Of a stretch of 64,000 nucleotides of DNA, positions 37,442-64,000 are shown in pieces; within the stretch, counting starts at the first letter, position 1; every line of letters starts with the position of its first letter. Under the pieces are notes generated by a model. It saw only the letters and a list, made by a program, of their open reading frames with translations, had not been told where the DNA came from and searched no databases. The DNA is from Camelus dromedarius (taxonomy: Eukaryota), in NCBI RefSeq assembly GCF_036321535.1, contig NC_087438.1, forward strand, positions 746,001-810,000. The letters run 5' to 3'. The position numbers and the translations under genes are program-made.

Positions 37442-40400
37442 AACAACCTTTCTGCATGCTGGCAACAACCAGGAAGTGTACCGGGAGCTGTCACCTCGCT
37501 GGCTGAAGCGCTGCTAAGGGCCGATGGACCCGCGTCACGCCAGCAGCCGCGCCCACCCAGGACGGCCCAGCACCTGCCGTGTTCCAGCTCTTCCATCCTT
37601 TCACAGCCGAGCGGCGGGCGCAGGGAGCCCCTGAAACAGACCGCAAACCGAGGCCCGGCGGCCAGGGACCCCTCCCGGGCCACACAGGGCCAGTGGTTCA
37701 CCTGGGTGGTCGGGCCCCAGCCCTGTCCTTACCTCCTGCCCCCCCCAGCCCCCCAACAGCCGACCGCTCCACCGGGAGACGAAGTGAGGGGTGATCGCCG
37801 TCAGCCCGGCGTCACTGCAGGGGGCAGAGCCCAGAGCACCCGAGGCCGCACAGGTTACCTTCCAGGGGCCATGTCTACTTTGCTGCCTTGGGACTGAGTC
37901 TGCCAGTGACTCCTGCCTCCCTTCTGAGCTTTCAGAATGATCTCTTTTGATATAACGGAGCATTTTAGAATTTCAGACTTGGCTTCCCTGTGTGAGAAAG
38001 GCTTAAGGGGTATCAGAGCACTTAAAGGCTGGTGGGTCATCACACCGCCTTTGCACACACTGTTAATGAATTATTTATTGAACAGCAACCCCAAATATCC
38101 CCTCAGACCCCAGCGAGGAGTGAGTGGGCTCTGCGGGCGCAGCGCACGGAGTGTGATCCATGCCCCAGGCGGGCCTTAACACAGAGACACGTTCTGCCTG
38201 ACAGAACCCTTCGTCCACACGACAAAGACCTTTAAGGGGAGAGGAGCTGAGCTTCCGCAATAAGTGAGATTATCTACATTCTAGACAAATAGGCTCAGCG
38301 CACGAGTCAACACAGACTCGATTTAAAAGCTCAGTCATATAAATGGAGGCCTTTGGCACTCAGTCTGGGAGACCGAGTTTTCCAAGAAAGTGACGCTGTT
38401 GATGTTTTCCTCTGGGCCACCTCTTCGCTCTGAGCGCCCCTCGAGGCTGCAGTGGTCAGAGGGCAGCCTCCCCAGAGAATGCCGCCCCGTGTCACGAGGG
38501 ACCCCGTACTCATCCGAGCCCACAGGACACCCAGGGGAGGCCGGGAAAAGAGAGGATGTCCCTGCACCACGGGGATGTTGGTGGGCACCTGGGGGGTGTC
38601 GAGGGGTCTGCAAACCACATCCAGTTTCCGAGTTCTGTTCTTCCAACACCGAGGGTCTCAGACTCTCATCTGTGTAAGAAACTGCCCGTTTTCCCGGAAT
38701 ATCTGGCCCTGGATGATGGCACAAGAAAGGGGTGTTGTGACTGGCTGGGCTGGTGACCCTCCCCCTGGCAAGCCCCTGGCTCTCAGCCTTGAGCAGGGGA
38801 TGCTGGGCAGTGGGCCATCAGGGGACAGGTTGTGGTGAGGACAGGGCAGCTCCTGAGCCATCATCACCTGCCAGCCTCCCCTGTGGCTGGCGTGGCACCT
38901 GTGGCCTCAGCCCTGGTGGTGGCTGTGGGAGGCACAGGCTGGGTGCTGGGCCACCGGTCTCTGCTGTGGTCGGTGTGGGGGCAACAGGGATGCAGAGCTG
39001 CCCCCAGGCTGGCTGTCCGCATCCCCGGTGCAGCCCCCCAGCCAGTTCTGTGGTGACCCTGTGTCCCCCTGGTGGAGGAGAGGTGGCCACTGCTGCCACC
39101 CCATTGATACGGTGGCCTGTACTTAAGTAAACAGCTACATACCTAACTTCGCAGGAAAGAATCAGAGGTCCTGGCCCACGTGGGCCTCTTGTTCCCACGT
39201 GACTAACATTCTCTGGAGTGAGCCGCCCTGACCTGCCCTCATTTTCATCACCTGCCCTCACCTGGCCGGCCTGCCCTGGTGTCCGTGGCCCTGGCCCCCT
39301 AGCTCTTCATTCCCGCTGCAGAGGGTGGAGGGTGTCTGCGCACGCCGGTTTTGCGGCACCGCACCGGGAAACAAGGTCGGTGCCGGGTGCCCAGTGCCCT
39401 GGTCCCAATGCCCTCTGCTCGGGCACACGGCGGCCGCCACCTGCTGGGACTCGTGCAGTCTGCTCCCCTCTGCCCCACCCTGGGGGGCACCGTGGCTCTC
39501 CGCTGACCTACCCGCCCTGGGCCTCCTCCTCCCCAGCTCTGGGTCCGCCTTGCCCTGGCCCGCACAGGGGGACAGAGGGGCCCCGCGGGGCTGCAGCCTG
39601 GGGTGACCAGCCATCCGGGGAAGTGCGGGGAGGACTGGGGTGGTCGCTCACTCTACCCAGGACAGGGCCCCAAGCGTTTGACCCGGACCTGCGAAGGCCT
39701 GTCTCCCCTCCCCGTTCCCCACCCACCCCTCATTTCCCTGTGTCTCTGTCATTCTCTGTCTCTGACCTTCGGTCTCTGTCTCTCCTTCATGCAGGTGAGG
39801 CACACACCTGAAACATCCCCAAAGCAGAACTTGCCCTTCTCGGATGCACTGACTCTCATATTTTCCGTTTTGCTAAATTAAGAGAAAAATCAAGCCAGAC
39901 TTAGGACTAAACTGAAGTAGTCTGACGTTTTCCACTCTATGTGATGACGCCAAAGCTTGCCTGTCGTGGCCCAGGGCCGGGGTGGCACAGGTCACCTCCG
40001 GAGTGGTTCAGGGGCCGGCCCGCCCAGTTACCTCAGGGCCAGCAGGTGGGCAGGTGGAGGCCGGCGTGTGGCCATCAGCCTTGGCTTTGTTTTCCCGGCT
40101 CTGGGGCGAGCCCTCTGTGCAGCCAGTTGGTACTGGTGCCCAGTGGGGTGTCGGTTTGCAGGACCCTGGTCTGCTGGGGGGCACCTGTGCCTTGGGCTCT
40201 GTCCGCTGTGCCAGGGACCCGGGGTCCTGGGAGGAGGAGGGGAGCAGGTGGGCTCCCAGGAGGAGGGGGCGTGGTGGTGTCTCCACAGGGGACCACGGAA
40301 CACAGGACTTGCTAATTAACTGTCTCGAAAAAGGTGACCTTTCCCTGCTGTCAGTGACTGGGAGACAAGCAGAGGCCACAGACGTGGCTGGTCGGGAGCA

Positions 40401-40884
40401 CTGCAGAGAGATTAAAGGATTGGGGAACAGAACATAAAAAGCCAAACACGGAGGAATCCGTTTACCCTTTAAATCACCTGCTTCACTGTTGCCAAACCTT
40501 CACTAAAATGCTTCTCTCAAAGGAAAAAATCACACGGCTTTTCTGGGCTTTAACACCCAGACTCTGTCTAAAGGTCACTGGGTGAAGAGCGTCAATCAGA
40601 CGACAAAGTGCAGTGCGGACTGAGGCGCCGAGGCCTCCCGTGGGCGGAAGGCCGGGCGCAGGAAGCCCCTTCCTTCCGGGAGCTTGGTTCCCGCGCCGCA
40701 TCAGTGGGAGAGGAGAATACTTCAGGTGTTCTGAAATGAACGCATTTCACTTGTGTTACAGCCTTACCTGTCCTTGGGGAACAGACACCAAACACAGCAT
40801 TCATGTGTCTAGCCCGGCCGGGGGTGAGATTGGACCAGAATCACAGACTTTTAGATGCGATACAGGGCCTTCCATCATCTGTGC

Positions 40885-41155
40885 TTCCATCCACCCGCCT
40901 GCCCGTCCACCCACCCAAGTGCCCCTCCATCCACTCACCATCCGTCTACCCGTCCACCCGTCCACCATTCATCCATTTATCCACCCATCAACCCAACTAC
41001 TTGCCATCGAACCTCCCTCCCTCCTTCGTCTGTCTAGACTTCACCTACCCATCCATTCTTCCACCCCTCTTCCCTCCCTCCTTTCTCCCCTCCTCCTTCT
41101 ATCCACCCGCCTGCCCAGCCATCTAAATACCTACCCCTTAACTCATTCATCTGTA
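40885..41155 (+). repeat. Degenerate (CCAT)n-like low-complexity tract
   Basis: ccatccacccgcc...ccattcatccatttatccacccatc... Confidence 0.7.
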
Positions 41156-41564
41156 AATGCACATTAAGCCCCACTGTCTACTGTGTACAGATCCATTGTA
41201 GATGCTGGCAGAAGCGAATGGGGCCAGCTCATTCCCAGGGGAGCTCTCCTCACACCGGGGAGACAGTGAGCATGCTCCCTCCCATGGGACACCTGCTGGG
41301 GAGGCCTGGGGAGAGTGGGGGGAGGTTTGAGGAGTGCTGACCAGGGGCCCAGCACGGAGGCAGGGGTCGGAGCAGACTTTCAGAGGTGGTGTCCAAGAGA
41401 AGCTGTGATGGCGTTAGAGGTAAGTGGTTGGAAAGCAGGGGCCGGGAGTACGAAGGAGATTGTTCCCGGTGGAGAACAAGGGGAGGCACCAGGCAGGGAG
41501 AGGCATCAGGGGAGGCGGGTGGGTCTGGAGTGCCGAGGCGGTCCCGGATGTCTGGCAGGCTCAC

Positions 41565-42050
41565 TGTCTGTGCCAGTGTCCTGGGGCTGCTGTAATGGAG
41601 CACCGAGACCATGGGCCAGGACCGCCAGGAATTCGTTCTCTCTGGAGGAGAGTCTGAAGTCAGCTGTGGGCGGGGCCGTTCCCTTCTGTGGGGCCCTGAG
41701 AGGGCGTGCGGCCCAGCCTCCCTCCCTCCCAGCGTCTGGTGCCCGGTGACCCCGGCATCACTCTGGCCTCTCCGGAGGCGGTCACACGCCATCTCCTGGG
41801 TGTGTCTCTGTGTCTCTCTCCATCTGTAAGGTCACCAGGCACATTGCTGCTCGTCTTAACTAACCCACCTCTCACATGCGTTGCCTGTGCGGGAAGATGC
41901 CTCCCCATCACCGCACAGCTAGCCCTGGAAGATGGCAGCCCCTGTATCGTGAGTCTGCGGGACAACAGGGGCTCCAGCCTGTCCAGCCCTCTGATGCTTC
42001 CCGGCACAGTGACGACCACGTGCTTCCAGCAAGGTCGTGGTCTGAGGACT
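41565..42050 (-). mobile_element. MaLR LTR fragment (MLT1-like)
   Basis: gtcctggggctgctgtaatggagcacc...ctggaggagagtctgaagtc...gtctctctccatctgtaaggtcacc. Confidence 0.5.
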
Positions 42051-43039
42051 GCCGCCCCGCGCCGCCCTGCTGGTCAGTGCCGTCTGCCGACAGGCCGGCC
42101 TCGCTGAGCTGAAAAGTGTCCGCTCAGCACCGGCCTGCGTCTCTGCGGTTCCAACTTGGGCTCGAGAACCCTCTCACATGTGTGTCCTGACTGCCGGCCG
42201 TGCTCGTTCTGCTGGGCGTGCAGTTAGAGGTGGAACTGTGTTCAGGGACATGCACCTTCTCAGGCTGGGAATCCTGAGAAACAGAGCCTGAAACGGGGTT
42301 CCCCCGATTCAGTGGCGGGGTGTTCAGGAGAGACGAGGAGGTGAAGGAAACAGGGTAGGGGAGGAGGGATCAGGTGAAGTCAGCCCAGCCTGACCCACGG
42401 GGAGCCCGGAGCAGGGACCACGGCAGAGCAGACCTGGAGCGGGGATGGTAGGCTCGGCTCAGACAGTGGTGGGCCAGGGCGGGCCGCCCGGCAGGCGCTG
42501 GGGGGGGGGGGTCCCGGCGAGAGCGCCGGAGCTGCACCTGCAGCAGGTGGGGAGTGGCCACACCCAGCGGCAGGAGGAGTCCCACGTGACAGGGATGCGC
42601 CTGCAGACAAGGCCGGCTCTTCCCCGCTCACCACGGGACGCCTCTCCTGTACAGATGTGCCTGTTCCTGTCGCCCCTGCTCACTGGCGGGGTGTCAGCTG
42701 CTGAAACCGGCTGGGGCGGCGGGTGAGGGAGGCGTCTTGTCGGGGCTCCTCTGTGTGCCCTTGGCGACTGAGCTCGGGCGTCTCACACAGGCTCAGTGCC
42801 GGGCCCCCACCAAGGGTCCCGCCCGTTCCCTGTTGGGCTGTTAGGCGGCTGTGTGTGACTGTGACGCTGTGAGCAGTCACGCCGCCTCCCCCCACCCCCC
42901 CCCCGCCGCTCAGGGCTGCTCACAAAACCCTCGGAACTTCCTGCGCAGTAACAGCAGCAGGCACGTCTTTCGTGACGATATTTGGTCTCTTGTCCACAGC
43001 TTCAAAGCAAGGATGGCGAGGGGGTGTCTCACTGTCCGT

Positions 43040-43645
43040 GCCAAGCCCCTCCCCCCACAGCGGGGGTGACGTGAACTAAGCAACTTGGAAGCGTCTAAGG
43101 TGGAGCTGGAGGCCGGGAGCCAACCAGAGACTAGAGGGTTGGAGCTTTCAGTCCCGACCTCTGAGGAGGGGAGAGGGGCTGGAGGTTGAGCCACTCCCCA
43201 GTGGCCAATGATTTAATCAATCGTGACTGTGTAATGAAGCCTCCATAAAAACCTGCAGAAGGGTGTTCAGAGAGCTTCTGGGTTGAGGACCCAGAACACT
43301 CCCCTGGGGCCCCAGCCTCTGCGAAGGCAGAAGCCCCTGTGTCCTGGTGCCGCGGTGGGAACAGCGGGTTCCTGAGTCCCGGGAGCCAGGCCAGAGGGTT
43401 CATTGAACCTGAGGAGTGGTTGTTGGCACCCCTGACCTTGAGCCCTCGGAAAACACAGGTGACAGCCTGGACTGTGACTGGCATCTGAGGCGGGGCAGTC
43501 GTGTGGGACAGAGCCCTGAACCCATGGGGTCGGACACCACCTCCAGGTGGGCGGCATCAGAGCTGAGCTGAATTGTCGGACACCCAGCTAGTGCCTGAGA
43601 GCTGCTCGGAGGGGTGGGAAACCCCCCACACACTGGACTTGGGTT
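43040..43645 (+). mobile_element. ERV LTR fossil (MER21-like)
   Basis: gggttggagctttcagtccc...ggggagaggggctggaggttgag...gtggccaatgatttaatcaatc...gtaatgaagcctccataaaaacc...gagagcttctgggttg; family name from recall. Confidence 0.6.
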
Positions 43646-45262
43646 CAGAATCGTAGTTCTTCTTGGTCTTATTGATTTGTGGGAGTTCTTTACATATGCA
43701 GGCTGTAAGCCCTTTGTCACTTCCTGATGTGGCTCAGCTCCCGGGCAGGACCCCAGCCTAGACACTTGAGGACGGGACACCAGTGAGACCCTGTCAGGAC
43801 CCAGGGGCTGTGGAGGCAAGAACCCCCCGCTGTCCCAGGGCGGCCTGGCTCCCCAGAGCGGCCCCAGACTGTCCAGAGAGGCCCTGGGCACTGCAGCTGA
43901 GTGTGCACACGCACTCTCGCGTGTGAGGGGCAGCTGGCCATGTGGGCTTGCGTGTGCGTGTGTGCAGGGGCTCGTGTGCGTGGGCGTGATGTGTGTGTCC
44001 TGCATGTGTACGCGGGCATGGGTGCCATGTTCAGCATGTCTCGAGGTGTGTAAGACACGTGCAGCACGCGTGGGGTGTGTCTGTGGGCACGTGTGTCCCC
44101 GTGGGTCGGGGGACATGGAGGAAGGACAGCCCTGGGAGCTCTGGGACGTCTTTTCCACTCTGAGCCTCCACCCTCACAGCTCCGCTCGCCTGGGGAGAGG
44201 CCCCTGAAGCCTCTGGGGCTGGGGCTTGACCCACAAACTTCTTCCAGGAAGCTGTGGGGTGAGGGGACCGCAGGGACAGAAATGGCCGGGGTCCTGCCCG
44301 CGCCACGGAGGCTGAGAACGGTGAGTCACAGTGGACCTCAGCGGTGGGGGGAGGGGACTGGGTGGCACTGAGATCAGGCCTTTGTCCCCTTGAGGTGAGT
44401 TTTGTGCCCAGCCCAGGATCGGCTATGACGTCTTCACCTGTGACACCTGGAGGCTGACCCAGAAGCAAACCCTGGGGAGACAGGTCCCGGAGACGGGAGA
44501 GCTACATCCGGGGGCAGACAGGACCCCAGGAGAGCAGCACCAGGAGGTGCTGGATGGTCCAGGTGAGGCCCGTCAGTATGTGGCTGGTGGGGAGGAGCCG
44601 CCAGGAGCAGCTGGTGTGGGCTCTGTGGTCCCTGGGAAAGGAGGATGTGCTCGGGGGATTTGGGAAAAGAAAGGTCATGTGGGCCCGGTATGGGTGTGCC
44701 CGCGGGATCCCCTGGCTGGGGCAGGACGGGGGCCTGGCAGAGAGACCAGTGTCCTATCAGGCGGGTCACAGCTGCCCGACCACTGATCACAGCAGGGGCG
44801 TCAGTGTCTATTCCAGGCACCGTGACCCACCACAGGGGCCTCCTCTGGGCTGCAGCCAGAGCTGACTGGTGAAGAGAAGGACCCCTTTAGCCACAGAGTG
44901 GACAAGGGATCTTTAGGGACCTAAGGCAGGGAGCCACTCGGGACTCTGGTGTCATGTCCCCAGAAGAGGCACTTGGGCTGGGCAGTGGCGGTGGTCACAC
45001 TGCAGGGCTGGAGTCTGGACGTGAGGCAGGATGGGGTGGGGGGCGGGACGGGGCAGCACTGAGCCAGCGGGGCCCTGGGCAGGTTCCAGGTAAGCCCAGC
45101 AGACCTGCAGGGGCCCCAGCTGTGCTCCCTTTCGGCTCAGGAGAAGCGCGTGAAGGCAGTTCTGGCGGGAGGGGAGTGGGGCCCGAGGCGGCCGGCCCTG
45201 GTGAAACGGTGGGCTGAGCAAGAACGTGGCCACGGAGCCACGGCCATTTTCCCACGGGTTTC

Positions 45263-45268
45263 TTTATT
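45263..45268 (-). terminator. SLC6A3: Probable SLC6A3 polyadenylation signal AATAAA
   Basis: First tttatt seen on + strand downstream of the stop, about 1.24 kb away. Confidence 0.7.
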
Positions 45269-46509
45269 GTTGGTGACGACCGCAGGAGGCCCCGGTGGAG
45301 ACCGACGGACATGGACGACACAGGGTTTTACATGAGCACGGGGCGCTCCTGGACAGGACAAGGGTCCCGGTTCCCCCCAAAACTGCACGCAAGCTCCGGC
45401 TGACAAGCTGGCTCCCCCCGAGCGGCTGGTTCCACCGCGCCTGGGCTGAGGTCCGCTCGCAGGGATGGCCGAGAAGGCTCCGCGGGCTGGAGCCGGCCCA
45501 GAGCGCATGGCCAGCCTCCAGGCGGCCGTGCCAGGAATGGTCCTTGGTCAACAGTCCAAAATCCTCGTCAACAGCAGGACACGAGCAGGCAGATTTCAGA
45601 AACCAGCCTGGATTCTGAGCACTGGTTCTGATTCACAGGTAAGCAGGATTCTAAAAGCCGTCCCCTAAGGAAACGAGTGCCGTTACTGATGTGACAGGTG
45701 CCCGGAGAAATCCCGGCGGGGTCTCCACCCGAGGTCGGGGTGTCCAGGCCGCAGCCTCGGGACAGGGTCTGCGCGGTCAGGGCCCACATGGGGGACGGTC
45801 TCCCGTTCCCGGAGAGCTCGCTTTCTCCAGGGCAGGGTGTCCACGGTGAGGTGGCCAAGAGCTCTCTGGGACCCACATCGGGCAGGGGTGGCGGCAGCCC
45901 ACGCAGACTTGGTGGAGCTCTGTTCCCTCGGTCGCAAGGAAATAGACAGCGCTCCCACTGCACACCCGGCCCCCACCCTCGTGGGGGCTGAGCGGACGGG
46001 TGACGTGGGGACGTGTGGCCCCACGCTGTCATCTTCTGTGCGGACTCCTCCGTCTCACCTCTGCACAATCAGGCAGAATAGACACTTGGTTTTTCAATAT
46101 GAGCGAAACAAAGGGTCCAGGAAGCTACTGTGAGCGCTGGGATTCTCAGCAGAGAATCTGTAATCTACAGGCATGGTGCTTCTCAGCACACGGGTGACAG
46201 CAGGTGCGGGCTGTGGGGGCGCTGGGGTGGGCGCGGCGGGGAGGGGCCAGCTCTACACACACGGCACAGGACTCCGACGTTGCTACCTGCGGAGCAGCAC
46301 AGGCTACGTGAGTTACACAGTGGCGCGGACGGGCGGGGCACCTCCCCGCGGCCGAGAGGGCATGGGCGTCAGGGGTGAAGACGCGTGTGTCCAGTGGAGC
46401 AGAGGCTACAGAGAGGAGCAGCCCTCCTTTCTCTTAAGCTCAGGTTTTCCTTCTTTGTTTTAGTCTGTCCTGCAGCGGTCGGCGCCTGGGGTCTCCCTTC
46501 TCTGCTCCC

Positions 46510-62636
<16,127 letters not shown>

Positions 62637-64000
62637 TCAGCACCCCTGCTTTTTGGAACTGGAAGAGGGAAGGGCACCGCGGTCTTTGAAGGAAAGGAGC
62701 TGCAGAACCAGGGGACGCTGCTCCGTGGGGCAGAGCCGCTGCTGCCTGCTGGACGGCCCAGAGCCACTTCTGGCAGGGAGGAGGCCGAGTGGACTCAGAG
62801 CAATAAAGCAGGACGCACAGTGCCTGGCTGTTCTCTAACGGTGGCAGTGGACAACACCTGCTCCCACAGCTCCAGCTGCGTCAGGGGGGATCCCACAGAC
62901 TCAGGACGGCCCCGCTTAGGGACCCGTCTTGTGGGGGCTCCGTCACAGGGGCAGAACAGGAGGCTGTGCAGAGGGGACGGAACTCATGGCCAGAGGTGCA
63001 TGCCCTGTGCCAGGCAGGGATCTGGGCACTTGTCTGCACAGGATCCTGTTAAGTCCTGGTGACCATCTGTGGGGAAGGAGGCAGCACCGTCATGTCCCCG
63101 GCACACCTGCTGCCTCTCCTTCGCAGGCAGGAGTTTTGAATCAATCGAAGGCGACTCCATGGCTGTCCTGCTGCCCCAGGGAGTGGAGGAGCCGGGCTGT
63201 GAAAGGAGTCGCTGGCAGCAACCGAGTTTGCCTGGATCCCTAGGAAGTAATTCTGGCTCCAGGGTGGGATGCTGCAGACCCAGCTTTCCAGAGCTTTCCG
63301 CCAGCTTCAGGCATTGTGGTGGCATGTAGAAGGAACTCGGGTCTTCAGAGCATCACAGTCTCGCAGCAGGGGAGGCAAGGGAGGCCATGACAGGCATGGA
63401 GAGAGGTCTGGGAGGCGCACCTGCGCACTCCAGGGTGGGCGCGCGGGAGGAGGCCACTGCGGGACACCGCTCAGCCTGCCGTGCCTGCCTGTCCTCCCCG
63501 GGGCTGCCCTCCCTGGCGTCTCCTCCAGATTTCTGGGGCGGTAGAACTCCCAGCATCTTCCTCTCCTCCCCCCAGCTCAGCGCTGGCGCTGCGCCTGCTG
63601 CCCAGTGTCCCCTCTTGTCCCACCCACCCCAGCCAGGTCTTATCACCCCGACCTTCTCTCCAGCAACGGGCTGGCACCGCCAGGTGAAGCCACACTGTCA
63701 AAAGGTGGCTGTGTGAGAGACGGACCCTCTCCATGCAATCCAGCTGCACCTCAGCCTCCTCACACACGCACCTGCCAGGTTATGCACCCACACCTGGGGG
63801 CGGACGGCCCTTTACCATCGGCCTGCGAAAGGAGCACTGCGGCCCACAGGCATCCGTGGCCTCCCAGGCCAACAGGGCGGGGCTCCACAGAAAGCGCTCA
63901 GCTCTCCTGGTGAGGGCAGGGGGAGGGGAGGCCCAGGCACTGGTTCCACGAATCCAACTGGTTCGACGCTCTTCTCCAAGACTAAAAAGCCATCTTGCTT

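Noticed and set aside
21500..45200. Additional gene or lncRNA between CLPTM1L and SLC6A3
   Set aside because: No coherent exon chain could be supported from sequence alone; the interval is mostly repeats and GC-rich unique DNA. RNA-seq would be needed.

Overview
GC-rich mammalian genomic DNA, most likely camelid (inferred from two vic-1-like tRNA-derived SINEs; no Alu or ruminant Bov-tA was recognised). It is syntenic with the human 5p15.33 TERT-CLPTM1L-SLC6A3 block. Two spliced genes lie on the minus strand. CLPTM1L is complete: 17 coding exons, 20241->7776, 1605 nt, 534 aa, with a CpG-island promoter and an AATAAA at 7347-7352. SLC6A3 (dopamine transporter) is partial: exons 5-15, 62364->46510, with an AATAAA at 45263-45268; exons 1-4 lie beyond the right edge. 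All introns are GT-AG and exon phases join into open frames. The rest is intronic or intergenic sequence with old L1, MaLR/ERV-LTR and hAT fossils, SINEs and micro/minisatellites. Almost all ORFs in the supplied track are GC-rich noise. I found no convincing new biological system. The best leads are protein-level: this DAT carries Val at human position 559 (the human A559V anomalous-efflux variant), Leu at S1-site residue F326, and altered C-terminal trafficking motifs. Smaller leads are a triple NAG acceptor in CLPTM1L, tandem repeats in DAT introns 5 and 8, and an inverted repeat upstream of the CLPTM1L promoter. Human residue numbers and repeat-family names come from recalled reference sequences, not from database searches.
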